NCBI RefSeq assembly: GCF_003555545.1
Contig: NZ_CP032157.1
Coordinates: 188,546 to 252,545, forward strand
Length of the DNA: 64,000 nt
Reading direction: 5' to 3'
DNA from: Paraflavitalea soli
Lineage (GTDB): Bacteria; Bacteroidota; Bacteroidia; Chitinophagales; Chitinophagaceae
The position numbers and the translations under genes are program-made. The notes under the pieces were generated by a model. The model ran no database searches. It saw only the letters and a list, made by a program, of their open reading frames with translations, and had not been told where the DNA came from. Positions 28,317 to 37,950 of this stretch are shown piece after piece (within the stretch, counting starts at the first letter, position 1; each line of letters opens with the position of its first letter).

Positions 28317-28349
28317 GCGGGTCATAATGATTAAACGGAATAAGAAAGA

Positions 28350-29462
28350 ATGAAAGACACCCAATGGTACTCCATCAGCAACATCGCGGAGATCGATTCT
28401 CCGGCGCTGGTATTGTATGAAGAAAGGATAAAAGAAAATATACGCCTGGCAGTAGAGCTATCGGGCAATGTATCCCTGTTGCGCCCGCATGTGAAAACAA
28501 ACAAGATCGCGGAAGTGTGCCGGCTGATGCTGGAAGCGGGGATCACCAAATTCAAATGCGCTACCATTGCGGAAGCAGAAATGCTGGCCCAGGTGCAGGC
28601 GCCCGATGTAATGCTGGCTTATCAGCCCATTGGTCCCAAGGCCCAGCGGTTGATCGCATTGATCAATACTTATCCGGCTACCCATTTCTCCTGTCTCATT
28701 GATAACCGCGAGGTGGCTATTGATCTGTCGGCATTGGCGGCAGCCAATCAATTGACCATTGATGTGTATATTGATCTTAATGTAGGCATGAACCGTACGG
28801 GAATAGTGCCAGGGGATGAAGCATTTGCTTTGTACCAGCAGGCCCTGGTCTTACGGGCCATCAACCCGCTTGGTTTACATGCTTACGACGGACAGATCAA
28901 AGAAGTGAATCCTGTACTGCGGCAGCAGCAAAGTGATGAGGCATTTGCGAAGGTGCAGGCCCTGGCAGGAAAGATCCGGTTGCGCCTGGGCATTACGCCC
29001 ATCATCGTAGCGGGTGGATCACCCACTTTCCCTACCCATGTACACCGGGCAGGTGTGGAATGCAGTCCGGGTACCTTTGTATTCTGGGACAGGAGTTATG
29101 TGCTGCAAATGCCCGAGCTTCCTTTTGAGTATGCGGCGCTGGTGGTTACCCGGGTGATCTCCATTATTGATCAACAGACCATCTGTACTGACCTGGGCCA
29201 TAAGTCCGTGGCGGCGGAGAGTCCATTTCCCCGTGTATATTTTCTCAATGCACCCGAAGCCACTCCTGTAGGACAAAGCGAAGAGCATATGGTATTAAAA
29301 GTGCCCGACGCTGCCCGCTTTAAAATAGGAGATGTGTTGTATGGAGCACCCATTCATATTTGCCCGACCGTGGCATTGTATGAAAGGGCACTTATTATTA
29401 AAGATCACCAGCGCGTGGACGAATGGAAAGTAGTGGCCCGCGACAGAAAAATAACGATATAA
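28350..29462 (+). CDS. Dsd1-like D-serine dehydratase / D-threonine-aldolase family PLP enzyme (alanine-racemase-fold N-domain)
   Basis: 370 aa; PLP-lysine motif 'LRPHVKTNKIAEV' typical of alanine racemase-fold (fold type III) PLP enzymes; C-terminal D-serine dehydratase-like domain with conserved 'C..G' metal site ('VECSPGT'). Confidence 0.8.
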   Translation: MKDTQWYSISNIAEIDSPALVLYEERIKENIRLAVELSGNVSLLRPHVKTNKIAEVCRLMLEAGITKFKCATIAEAEMLAQVQAPDVMLAYQPIGPKAQRLIALINTYPATHFSCLIDNREVAIDLSALAAANQLTIDVYIDLNVGMNRTGIVPGDEAFALYQQALVLRAINPLGLHAYDGQIKEVNPVLRQQQSDEAFAKVQALAGKIRLRLGITPIIVAGGSPTFPTHVHRAGVECSPGTFVFWDRSYVLQMPELPFEYAALVVTRVISIIDQQTICTDLGHKSVAAESPFPRVYFLNAPEATPVGQSEEHMVLKVPDAARFKIGDVLYGAPIHICPTVALYERALIIKDHQRVDEWKVVARDRKITI

Positions 29463-29464
29463 TT

Positions 29465-30535
29465 ATGTTCACCATCGACGCTCACTTAGACCTCAGCATG
29501 AATGCCATGGAATGGAACCGCGATCTGCGGCAGCCTGTCATGGATATTCGTAAGCGGGAAGAAGGATGGACGGATAAACCCGATAGGGCCAAAGGGACCG
29601 TCGCCTTGCCCGAACTACGCAAAGGAAAAATAGGACTGGTAGTAGCTACCCAGATTGCCCGTTATGTGGCGCCTGGCAATAACCTGCCGGGCTGGTATTC
29701 TCCCGAGCAGGCATGGGCGCAAACACAGGGCCAACTGGCCTGGTACAAAGCCATGGAAGCAGCCGGTGAAATGGTAATGATCAAAGATGCGCAGGCACTG
29801 GAACAGCACCTGGCTTTGTGGATGAATGGAGCGCCAGACGATACAAAGCCCGTGGGTTATATCCTCAGCCTGGAAGGCGCCGATTCGATGGTCACTACCG
29901 ACTACCTCGAAACGGCCTGGCAGTATGGATTACGTGCCATAGGACCTGCCCACTATGGTCCTGGCCGGTATGCCAATGGTACCGATGCTACCGGTGGTTT
30001 ACATGCCATGGGTAAAGCTTTACTGAAAGAAATGGACCGCCTGGGTATGGTACTCGATGCTACCCACCTCTGTGATGATGCTTTCTGGGATGCGATGGAT
30101 ATATTCAACGGACCTGTATGGGCCAGTCACAATAATTGTCGGGCCCTCGTTGATCACAACCGCCAGTTCAGCGACGACATGATCAAAACATTGATCGGCA
30201 GGGGAGCGGTGATTGGTGGGGCATTGGATGCCTGGATGATGGTACCCAATTGGGTGCGGCAACAGTCAACGCCGGAAAGCATGCACTGCAATCTCGAAAA
30301 GCTGATCGATCATATGGACCATATCTGCCAGCTGGCCGGCAATACCCTGCATATAGGCATTGGTACCGACCTCGATGGCGCTTTTGGTAAAGAGCAATGC
30401 CCTTATGACCTCGAAACCATTGCCGATCTGCAAAAGCTGCCGCAGCTATTTGCTAAGCGTGGTTATTCGGCCGGCGATATTGAAAATATTATGCACGGAA
30501 ATTGGTTAAGGTTCTTACGTAAGGCGTGGTCTTAA
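29465..30535 (+). CDS. membrane dipeptidase (peptidase family M19, renal dipeptidase-like)
   Basis: 'MFTIDAHLDLSMNAMEWNRD' (HxD metal site at N-terminus), '..LDATHL..', 'HIGIGTDLDG' motifs of M19. Start taken at ATG 29465; the ORF-track start 29423 overlaps the upstream gene. Confidence 0.85.
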   Translation: MFTIDAHLDLSMNAMEWNRDLRQPVMDIRKREEGWTDKPDRAKGTVALPELRKGKIGLVVATQIARYVAPGNNLPGWYSPEQAWAQTQGQLAWYKAMEAAGEMVMIKDAQALEQHLALWMNGAPDDTKPVGYILSLEGADSMVTTDYLETAWQYGLRAIGPAHYGPGRYANGTDATGGLHAMGKALLKEMDRLGMVLDATHLCDDAFWDAMDIFNGPVWASHNNCRALVDHNRQFSDDMIKTLIGRGAVIGGALDAWMMVPNWVRQQSTPESMHCNLEKLIDHMDHICQLAGNTLHIGIGTDLDGAFGKEQCPYDLETIADLQKLPQLFAKRGYSAGDIENIMHGNWLRFLRKAWS

Positions 30536-30577
30536 AAACAAAAGCGAGCAACTACGCCTGGTTCATTAGTAAACAAA

Positions 30578-30609
30578 AAGCCCGGTTGCTGCAATGGCAG
30601 CCCGGGCTT
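30578..30609. terminator. bidirectional intrinsic terminator hairpin between convergent genes
   Basis: AAGCCCGG-TT-GCTGC-AATG-GCAGC-CCGGGCTT, followed by TTTATTT on + and preceded by AAAAA (T-run on minus). Confidence 0.6.
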
Positions 30610-30612
30610 ACT

Positions 30613-30849
30613 TTATTTAGTGCCTTCTTCGACCTGCGATACCTCGTATTTATTCTTGCCGTCTACCTGTACAGGCTGGTAATAAGTTTCACCCACTTTC
30701 ACATAGGTTTGATCGCCGATCTTCACTTCTTCACCTCCTGCGGGCAGGTTGTCTACTACCGCTCCGGCCGGAGGCGCCACTGCCTTGTACCCGCTGCCTG
30801 ATTTTTCATAATATGCCCCGCCATAATAATAGCTGGTCACATTCTTTAG
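30613..30849 (-). CDS. small hypothetical protein (Tyr/Gly-rich, ~78 aa)
   Basis: ORF 30613..30870; internal Met start MLKNVTSYYYGGAYYEK.. preferred. Flanked by terminator hairpins on both sides. Confidence 0.45.
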   Translation of the reverse strand, partial: LKNVTSYYYGGAYYEKSGSGYKAVAPPAGAVVDNLPAGGEEVKIGDQTYVKVGETYYQPVQVDGKNKYEVSQVEEGTK

Positions 30850-30852
30850 CAT

Positions 30853-30888
30853 AAGAAAAGGGCCTTGCAAGTTGCAGGCCCTTTTCTT
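30853..30888. terminator. perfect 12-bp hairpin AAGAAAAGGGCC-(TTGCAAGTTGCA)-GGCCCTTTTCTT downstream of the PepSY-like gene
   Basis: Direct reading; lies 30 nt past the stop of the minus gene 30918..31358. Confidence 0.5.
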
Positions 30889-30917
30889 ATCTCCAGATTC
30901 GGGGAGAATTAACTATG

Positions 30918-31358
30918 TTATTGATCCACTTTATCGCTGATCACCGTTCCGTCGGCACTCAGGTGTACTTTCTTTTCATCCTTATCCTTCTTAAGTTCTA
31001 CCTTATAGTACAACTTGCTGCCTTCTTCTACCTTTTCAGGATCTTTTATCTTATAGCCGGCATATTTGGCAGCGATTGTTTTTTGTACGGGCGCCGGTAA
31101 TTCCGTATGCTTGATATCCGTTTCGTGCTTGAGTACTTTCCCCGCAGCATCTATCTTAGCCTTGTGGTTGATCTTATTGATCTCAAATTTTACTTCATAG
31201 TGGTCTTTCTTTTTCTTCCACCTGGCATCCGTGGTATTTTTGAATTGCTGCTGGAAGCCGGTTACTACAGCAGCAGGCACCTGGGCTTGCGGAATATCCT
31301 GGGCATTGGTGGTCAATGTTGCTATACTTAACCCTACTACAAAAAGCACTTGTTTCAT
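30918..31358 (-). CDS. PepSY-like (putative beta-lactamase-inhibitor-like) periplasmic protein
   Basis: Signal peptide MKQVLFVVGLSIATLTTNAQ; Lys-rich ~125-aa mature protein with paired PepSY-like beta-repeats ('YEVKFEINK..', 'YYKVELKKDKDEKKVHLSADGTVI'). Confidence 0.65.
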   Translation of the reverse strand: MKQVLFVVGLSIATLTTNAQDIPQAQVPAAVVTGFQQQFKNTTDARWKKKKDHYEVKFEINKINHKAKIDAAGKVLKHETDIKHTELPAPVQKTIAAKYAGYKIKDPEKVEEGSKLYYKVELKKDKDEKKVHLSADGTVISDKVDQ

Positions 31359-31450
31359 GATGGTATGTTTTTAATGGTAGCGTAAAGATAATCCCAAAAT
31401 ATAAGATGTAGGGAATGCAATTCGGGGAACGTCCCCCGAATTGCATTCCT

Positions 31451-32551
31451 TTACTGCTTCGGCACAAATATCTGTTTCAGCTGCTCTGCCAGCAGGCCGT
31501 TTCCACCCACGCTGATATTGCTGATCTTCTCGGCGATCTTTTCCACATATTCCATTTCCTTCAGTTTCCACAACATCGCATTGTCTTCCATCAGTTTGGC
31601 AGTATTCAGCAGGCTACGGGTGCTGGCGGTCTCTTCCCGGCGCATGATGGTATTGGCCTGCGCCTTCTTTTCCGCGATCAATACCTGGTTCATGATCTCT
31701 TTCACATCACCCGGCAATATGATATCACGGATACCAAAGCTGGTTACCTCAATACCCAGGGCCTCTGCCTGCCCGGCTACTGCCTGCAGTATGAAAGCAC
31801 CTGCACCGTCTTTCTTTTCCAGCAACTCATCAAAGTTTAACGAAGCGACGTATTCACGCAATGCCAGTTGCAATACGATATACAATTGCATATCGTATTC
31901 CCTGTTTTGCAGGAACGCCTTTTCAATATCAGCTACCCGGTACTGCGCCCAGGCATTGATACGCAAAGCCGCTTTATCCCTGCTGAGGATCTCCTGTCCG
32001 TTGATCTCCAGTTTTTGCTGGCGAATATCTGCCTTACTCACATGGATAGGGATGCTGTTCTTGTACCAGAAATACACACCGCCCGACAACACTTTCACAA
32101 AGCGGCCATCTATATACAAAGCCGCCTGCTCGTAGTTGTCTACGCTAAAGCTCCGCACATAAGGCGCTAACAGCTTGTGCTGTAAAGTGGTACGGTCGAT
32201 AGCCTCGGTGATCTCCACTTTACTGGTATCCAGCCTTACAAAGTCGTGGGTCACCACACTTTTCCAGAAGGTAAAGCGGCCGGTAGTCAATACCTCTTTC
32301 AGCAAACCGTTCTCATAATGCAATACGATCTCACTGTCTTTTACTTCCACTACCTGCAGAGCTTCTGCGAGGGCCGCATCCTGCAGCAGGATATTCAATT
32401 CCACCGGTGCTTCAAAGGGTTTGGTGATGTCATAAATGTTCACCGCTTTATTGTCCCAGAACCAATAGTTCCCTTCTTTGATCATTCGTTGGTAGGCCCC
32501 ACGCTTAAATACCAGGCCTACCTGCCAGGTATTTATTCTTACTTGTTTCAT
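31451..32551 (-). CDS. SPFH/band-7 (stomatin/flotillin-like) domain protein
   Basis: 366 aa; band-7 core ('..GIEVTSFGIRDIILPGDVKEIMNQVLIAEKKAQANTIMRREETAS..') with N-terminal extension. Confidence 0.8.
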   Translation of the reverse strand: MKQVRINTWQVGLVFKRGAYQRMIKEGNYWFWDNKAVNIYDITKPFEAPVELNILLQDAALAEALQVVEVKDSEIVLHYENGLLKEVLTTGRFTFWKSVVTHDFVRLDTSKVEITEAIDRTTLQHKLLAPYVRSFSVDNYEQAALYIDGRFVKVLSGGVYFWYKNSIPIHVSKADIRQQKLEINGQEILSRDKAALRINAWAQYRVADIEKAFLQNREYDMQLYIVLQLALREYVASLNFDELLEKKDGAGAFILQAVAGQAEALGIEVTSFGIRDIILPGDVKEIMNQVLIAEKKAQANTIMRREETASTRSLLNTAKLMEDNAMLWKLKEMEYVEKIAEKISNISVGGNGLLAEQLKQIFVPKQ

Positions 32552-32877
32552 GTTGGTTGTTTTATTACTTTTTTAAATAAAACCAGTCTTATTTACCATC
32601 CCGTAATCACGGGGGAAACAGGGCTTCCTGTTTAAAGAGATCAGTTTGCACCCAATAGATGATGTTGCCACCACCGGAACCGAGCAAAGTGATGCCTGCC
32701 ACAGGCGCGGATTGTTGCCCGCTGGTGTTTACCGGATTGCTGCTGCCACCCTGCCGGGCCAACCCCTTAAAGGAAAAGGCGTAAGCAGGGATCATCCCTG
32801 CATGGATGGGAAGACAGCCGGCAAATAATCCTGGCTTTATAAGGATCACCATTTGAGAAGCGGTGTACTTCGTGCTG

Positions 32878-33010
32878 CTACATTAGAGATGTAGTGTTCT
32901 ACCATTGAACTATCCCGTTATGAGTGGGAGTGGGATTCGAACCCACGTGATGCTGCTGCTCTTCCGTTGAGCTACCGGACCTATTTCCGGAGGGGAGTCG
33001 AACCCCTGAC
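32878..33010 (-). other. cluster of tRNA-derived fragments (pseudo-tRNAs): one 5' half with D- and anticodon arms, one D-arm fragment related to tRNA-Lys, two orphan T-arm/acceptor pieces
   Basis: Minus-strand reading: AGGGGTTCGACTCCCCT (T-arm-like, 32991-33007); GGTCCGGTAGCTCAACGGAAGAGC (acceptor+D arm, 32951-32981, similar to tRNA-Lys 5' end); GTGGGTTCGAATCCCAC (T-arm, 32921-32947); CGGGATAGTTCAATGGTAGAACACTACATCTCTAATGTAG (D arm + anticodon stem-loop, 32878-32917). No complete cloverleaf can be assembled. Confidence 0.45.
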
Positions 33011-33167
33011 CCGCAGGTTATGGAGGGCATTACACCGTGAGGCAACAGCATACAGAGCGTTACTACGTCTGTACTGTACTGCTTCTTTGAAACAGCCACC
33101 CGGTTTGCATCTCAACAGGTCAATACCCTTCTTGCCGTTAAGCAAGCTCTTAAAACACGCTTGCGTG

Positions 33168-33644
33168 TTATACTACTTTATCTGCACAGCAGGAACTCGC
33201 AAAAGCATAAGGCTTGGCCCGGAAGGCAAACCCCATTCCCATAATGTAGCCCATCGCATCTTTCAAAGCGTGGTTACTTTTAAAGTTGGGATTGGTGTTG
33301 ATGTCGGCATGCACTTCCATATCTATGCTGTAGTTGGTAAACAGGCCGCACAACTGGTAGGCTACTTCTATACTTTTGCCTACCTCGGTCAACATCCGTT
33401 CTTTCACACTCATCGGTTGTTGTGAGGAGTCGCTCAGTACATACATAAATCCCCCTTTACCTTTTCGTAAGAATACGATCACCGTGGCAAATGCAGTGGT
33501 GCCTGCTCTTACCTGGCTATCCGTACCGATACATACCTTCAGTTGATGTCCGTGGGCTGTTTCCCTTGCCAATACCGATCTTACTTCTTCTTCGATCGGG
33601 CGGCGGATGGCAGTACCATCCAGCCGCTGCCATTGTTGTTCCAT
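33168..33644 (-). CDS. YkuK/DUF458-family (RNase H-like fold) protein
   Basis: 'KVCIGTDSQ' motif and ~158-aa size typical of the YkuK family. Confidence 0.65.
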   Translation of the reverse strand: MEQQWQRLDGTAIRRPIEEEVRSVLARETAHGHQLKVCIGTDSQVRAGTTAFATVIVFLRKGKGGFMYVLSDSSQQPMSVKERMLTEVGKSIEVAYQLCGLFTNYSIDMEVHADINTNPNFKSNHALKDAMGYIMGMGFAFRAKPYAFASSCCADKVV

Positions 33645-33704
33645 TGTGTTTGTGTTTTTTATGTTTCTGTAATCATATCCTTGATCTGATGATATTTTTT
33701 ATAG

Positions 33705-33776
33705 TTGGTCCGGTGCGATTCGAACGCACAACCCGCCGGTTAAAAGCCGGCTACTCTGCCGTTAAGCTACGGACCA
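33705..33776 (-). tRNA. tRNA-Lys (anticodon TTT)
   Basis: Minus-strand reading folds as a cloverleaf. Acceptor TGGTCCG/CGGACCA; D arm GCTT-AACGGC-GAGT; anticodon stem GCCGG/CCGGC with loop CTTTTAA (U33, anticodon UUU, A37); T arm GTGCG-TTCGAAT-CGCAC. Confidence 0.9.
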
Positions 33777-33798
33777 ATGTTAGTGATGACTGACGGGC

Positions 33799-33831
33799 AA
33801 AAAAAAGCCCGGTCGTTGGTATCGACCGGGC
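33799..33831 (-). terminator. intrinsic terminator (minus-strand orientation) just upstream of tRNA-Lys
   Basis: GCCCGGTCG-TTGGTAT-CGACCGGGC hairpin, preceded on + by A8 (= T8 after the hairpin on the minus strand). Confidence 0.6.
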
Positions 33832-34587
33832 TGTAGTGCTGTACAACTGCTCTTACACAGCGTACTCCTGTTTACAACACGGTCGAATGGCTATACTCTC
33901 CCTGTTCATGATGAGCCACATACCCTTCCGGATACACGCACAGGTAGAACTGCCGGGGAAATACGCATCTTTCCGCAGCATGGTCAACATGGCATGGCCT
34001 GATAGTAATTGCTTCATCTGTAAATTTTTGTGACAAAAAAGCCCCGCAATCTCTTGCGGGGCCCGTGTTATCGTGAATTCGTTGTTTCAACTTATTCCGC
34101 AGTATAACCCGCCCCGCATCCGGTATTTTCGCCTTTGCGGCTGGATCCGTTTGCTGTTTCAATATGTAATTGCAGGCTTGTCATCTGTTGTTTTAAATTT
34201 GTTTTGCGTTGCAAAGATGAAAATAATTTTTCGTTGTTTCCAAATTTGAGCAATCTTTTTTATACTTTTTTAAACTGGTCATAAGCTCAGGTGCTCTGAA
34301 ACCCTTGCCAGGACTGTATTTTCGGGCCATTGAAATTGGCTGGTATAATGTAAAATTAATATACGCGCCATTGCGGTAAAATAAGACTACCTTTAACGAA
34401 ACTGTTGCCCCCAAACACCTGTTAGGTTGCAGGATCGTTTTAAATAGGGCAGTAGTGACATTGGGTATCCTTACGTTACACCATGCTCGTAAAAGTAGCA
34501 ACTGTACAGCCATAACTGTTCGCATCAGCATGTCCCCTTGTCTATTACGCTTCGGCTAATTATATCAAACTAAATAAAACAAAAAAA

Positions 34588-34809
34588 ATGAGAAGTGCAG
34601 GAAGGCCGCCGGTATCACCGGTCCAATTGAAGAATGGATTTTACATTGAAGTGTGTGACAAAGGAACAAAGAAAGGAATGAAGATCTGGAACGCTACGGA
34701 AAAGGCCATGCAGGATGCTGCACGTCTCTATGAAGGATATAAGACCGTCCTGATCCTCGGTGAATACAAGGAAGGCAGCTTCGCCAAAGAAACCGGTTCA
34801 CGCAGGTAG
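34588..34809 (+). CDS. small hypothetical protein (73 aa)
   Basis: Isolated ORF following an AT-rich gene-poor tract; no motif recognised. Confidence 0.3.
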   Translation: MRSAGRPPVSPVQLKNGFYIEVCDKGTKKGMKIWNATEKAMQDAARLYEGYKTVLILGEYKEGSFAKETGSRR

Positions 34810-34942
34810 CATAGCATTGCCGGTATTGAACACCTAACTACCGCTATCCCCTTTTGCCCGCCGTGTAAACGGGAAATATTTTTATTTACAGATAGCAGGA
34901 GCGAATGTTTGCAGCCGATGCTTGACAAAACATTCTTTATAC

Positions 34943-35656
34943 ATGACTAAGCCAATCAAAGTTCTATTTGTAACCACCTCGCATGATACAGTAGGTGCTA
35001 CCACCGAAAAAACAGGCTTGTGGCTCGATGAACTGGCTACCCCTTATTTTATTTTTAAAGATGCTGGTTCCTATATTTCCATTGCTTCACCCAGGGGTGG
35101 GGCGGTACCGGTCGACCCCAAAAGCGAGTCGGTCATGAGTGTAACCCGCAGTTCAAAACGCTTCAGGAATGATACCGAAGCCATGAACCATTTATCACGC
35201 TCTATGCTCCTCCTGGATGTAAAAGAGGAAAATTACGATCTGTTGTTCATCACAGGTGGCCACGGCGCTATGTGGGACCTTGCTGCCAATCCATTACTGA
35301 AACAATTGGTGGAACATTTCAACACAAAAAATAAACCTGTAGGGGCGGTATGTCATGGTGTGGTGGCCCTGTTAACGGTCACCGAAGGAAAAGATAATCT
35401 CTGGATAAAAGGTAAGGCCATTACCGGTTTCAGCAACAGGGAGGAAGAATCAGCAGGTATGACGCAGTTGTTGCCTTTTTTACTGGAAACAAAACTACAG
35501 TCCCTTGGGGCCACTTATACCAGCGGTACCGATCACACAAAACATGTGGTGTCTGCCGGCAATGTGATCACCGGCCAGAATCCTGCTTCCGCCGAAGAGG
35601 TAGCAAAAATGACACTCAACATGATCAGGCCCACGTATAATGTAGTCAGGAAATAA
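34943..35656 (+). CDS. DJ-1/PfpI (class I glutamine amidotransferase-like) family protein
   Basis: 'KVLFVTTSHD..GLWLDELATPY', 'LLFITGGHGAMWDLA', 'VGAVCHGVVALL' (nucleophile-elbow Cys) typical of the DJ-1/PfpI/Hsp31 family. Confidence 0.8.
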   Translation: MTKPIKVLFVTTSHDTVGATTEKTGLWLDELATPYFIFKDAGSYISIASPRGGAVPVDPKSESVMSVTRSSKRFRNDTEAMNHLSRSMLLLDVKEENYDLLFITGGHGAMWDLAANPLLKQLVEHFNTKNKPVGAVCHGVVALLTVTEGKDNLWIKGKAITGFSNREEESAGMTQLLPFLLETKLQSLGATYTSGTDHTKHVVSAGNVITGQNPASAEEVAKMTLNMIRPTYNVVRK

Positions 35657-35667
35657 GGTAAGCCTGC

Positions 35668-36678
35668 TTATAATGATTTGCGTACGATCATCCGGAAGGG
35701 GTTCTTCACCTGCTTCACCTCTTTGTTGAGCAGCATCTGGGCAGCGGTGCTACCCATGCCCTCAAAATCGGTGGTGACCACCGTGATCTCCAGCAGCTCT
35801 TTAAGCACCGTCTCATTAAAGGAAATGATACCTACGTTCTTGCCGGTTTGAAGATCGGCTTCCTTTGATTTTTTGATCAGTTGTGCCAGGTCCGATTCGG
35901 CGGTAACGATGTAGACGGTGCCTGCCTGTGGCAATTCTTTATCGAGGCTGGAGATCACCGCAAAATCCTTTCCGTGCTGCTGGCAAAACTCATAACAGCC
36001 ATCCACAATGTCGCGGGGGTGGTTGCTTTGCAGGGGAAACACGATGATGATGCGCTGGTATTTCTTCAGCAGCTTGACGGATGATTCCAGTACATCATGA
36101 ATATCCTGTTTGAAATCCTGGTACACCGTCATATGGTGTTTGCCCAATTCCGGCACATATTTATCCATGATCATTAACTGCGAGGGGGGAATGGACTTTA
36201 ATACTTTCAGGTAGCTCTTCTTACTCGTCTTGTGAAAGAAATGAGGCATGATCACATAGTAGTGGTACTTGCCCATATTGGCTTCCAGTATTTCTTCCAG
36301 CCGGCGTATATCATAATGATGCACCTGCAGGTCTACCACTGCTTTGTCCTGCAGGGTTTCAATAAAACTATAATAAATGATCTTCTTATAAGAGCTGAGC
36401 TTGTTGAAGATCAGTAGCACCTTCAGCTTTTTGTCCTTTCTGCCCACTACATAATAGCCTTTGGCTGCCACGGCATACACATAGCCTTCTTCGATCAGTT
36501 CACGGTAAGCTTTTTCTACCGTATCACGGCCGTAATGATAGGTCTTACTAAAGTCATTAATGCTCGGTAACTTACTATGGGGCTTCAGGCCGCCATTGTC
36601 GATGGCCATAGATACGGCATGAACGATCTGCTTGATCTTACTGGGTATATGATTGGCATTAATGCTGAAAGACTTCAT
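35668..36678 (-). CDS. GntR-family HTH regulator fused to periplasmic-binding-protein-like (LacI-type) sugar-binding domain
   Basis: N-terminal GntR wHTH 'KLPSINDFSKTYHYGRDTVEKAYRELIEEGYVYAVAAKGYYV' + ~260-aa PBP-like domain. 336 aa. Confidence 0.75.
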   Translation of the reverse strand: MKSFSINANHIPSKIKQIVHAVSMAIDNGGLKPHSKLPSINDFSKTYHYGRDTVEKAYRELIEEGYVYAVAAKGYYVVGRKDKKLKVLLIFNKLSSYKKIIYYSFIETLQDKAVVDLQVHHYDIRRLEEILEANMGKYHYYVIMPHFFHKTSKKSYLKVLKSIPPSQLMIMDKYVPELGKHHMTVYQDFKQDIHDVLESSVKLLKKYQRIIIVFPLQSNHPRDIVDGCYEFCQQHGKDFAVISSLDKELPQAGTVYIVTAESDLAQLIKKSKEADLQTGKNVGIISFNETVLKELLEITVVTTDFEGMGSTAAQMLLNKEVKQVKNPFRMIVRKSL

Positions 36679-36844
36679 GGGATTATTTTAATATGGATCC
36701 GGCATATCGTTTTGATAGGGCTGCAGGCAGCCTCCGGTACTATGACCGGAATCAGAAATAAATATAAATATCCTGGGAGAAAAAAATACAAAAAGCTTTC
36801 AGAAGCACGGAAAGCGATAAGATCAGGCTAACATAATTGATCAT

Positions 36845-37777
36845 TTACCGCATTTTCTTCCATTGCCGGCGGATGAAGAACAAGGCCAGGAACCACGCAA
36901 AGAGCGTTGCGATCAGGTTGGTATAGTCTGGACTATGATTGATCGACATCATATCATTCAACTGGCTGTTGTAATATACCTGCAGGGGCGCGCCGGGCTT
37001 CAACACCCTATATTCTTCTTCTTCAATAGGGATCACCCTTTCCTGTTTACCATGCTGTACCGTGGCCTCATAGGTGTAGAACCAGTTGCTGCGCTTCGAT
37101 GTGCTGCGACGGTACGTGCTCAATACCTGTACGGTTTCTTCACGCGCGCCCGCTTTCAGCTGGTTGTAATAGCGGTAGTATTGCCAGGTATTCCAGGTGA
37201 GGTAGGCAACGCCTGCCAGCAGGAGGGCCATAAAGACAAACCTTCCTGCTGTACGTGCGATCGTCCATCCGGTGAGGGTGGCCAGCAGGCCCGACAGCAG
37301 CAGCAGGAAGAGGGAGGTGAGGACAATACAGGCCAGCAGCCATTTCCGCCCGTCATTCCAGAAGCTGATGATGGAGAACTTTACCAGCCGCGACTGGTTG
37401 CTGTTGTTGCTGAAAGCATTGTAGGAGCGTGGCTGGCGGAAAACGTCTGTACCGGGATGATAAAACAAGGCTACCCGGTCGCCCGTAGTAAGCCAGCCGG
37501 TATCTTGTTTATACCGGAGGGTATACGGTTTATTGTTGTAGGTGAAACTGAGGTAGGCGATTTGGGCAAACTGGTCTTTCCAGGACCGGTATTCCCGGTT
37601 TACATCATCAGTACGTATGGTTACCAGCCGGCCTTCCTTACTGATCAGTTCGTATTGTTGCTGGTCGAGCCACTGTTCCCTGGCCAGCCAGGCCAGCAGG
37701 CCAATGATGACGGTTATCACCAGCATGACGATAAAACCTGCTACACTGCCCAACCGTTGTAGAAATGAGGGAACCAT
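36845..37777 (-). CDS. membrane protein with two DUF3592-like repeats
   Basis: Two copies of TM helix + beta-rich module ('..TTGDRVALFYHPG..', '..KPGAPLQVYYN..'); 4 predicted TM segments. 310 aa. Confidence 0.55.
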   Translation of the reverse strand: MVPSFLQRLGSVAGFIVMLVITVIIGLLAWLAREQWLDQQQYELISKEGRLVTIRTDDVNREYRSWKDQFAQIAYLSFTYNNKPYTLRYKQDTGWLTTGDRVALFYHPGTDVFRQPRSYNAFSNNSNQSRLVKFSIISFWNDGRKWLLACIVLTSLFLLLLSGLLATLTGWTIARTAGRFVFMALLLAGVAYLTWNTWQYYRYYNQLKAGAREETVQVLSTYRRSTSKRSNWFYTYEATVQHGKQERVIPIEEEEYRVLKPGAPLQVYYNSQLNDMMSINHSPDYTNLIATLFAWFLALFFIRRQWKKMR

Positions 37778-37840
37778 GTTGCGAAGATGCGGCTAATAGG
37801 GGTATGGTAGAATCACTCAAATGAGTAGAAAACAGCTTCG

Positions 37841-37950
37841 AGCTGCGAGCAGGAACAGCCAGCTACGAATAACCAACTACGAGTCGTAACGAACGAAGAA
37901 CAGGTGTATTTAGCTCGAGGCTCGAAGCTCGTGGCTCGCAGCTTGTATTA
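37841..37950. repeat. short-period tandem repeats (GCTCGNRG / AGCTACG-like 7-8-mers)
   Basis: 'gagctgcgagcagg..agctacgaataaccaactacgagtcgtaacgaacgaag..agctcgaggctcgaagctcgtggctcgcagcttg', read directly. Confidence 0.6.

Noticed and set aside
32552-33167. tmRNA (ssrA), RNase P RNA or other long structured RNA in the 600-nt non-coding, locally GC-rich interval containing T-arm-like sequences
   Set aside because: No tag-peptide reading frame (..YALAA*), no G3:U70 acceptor, no P4-type RNase P motifs, and the T-arm/acceptor pieces do not pair with any 5' strand. Interpreted instead as tRNA fragments. The overlapping ORFs 32607..32852 (-) and 32646..32828 (+) were also judged non-coding.
33872-34162. 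96-aa minus-strand ORF (and 65-aa + ORF 33836..34033) next to tRNA-Lys
   Set aside because: A 9-bp GC hairpin with flanking A/T runs (34035-34062, terminator-like) lies inside the minus ORF, and the + ORF is Cys/Phe/Met-rich random-looking; neither has motifs. Region treated as non-coding AT-rich tract.
34193-34531. 112-aa minus ORF in AT-rich tract
   Set aside because: Low-complexity, no start context, lies in a ~35-40% GC spacer with no conservation signals; likely spurious.
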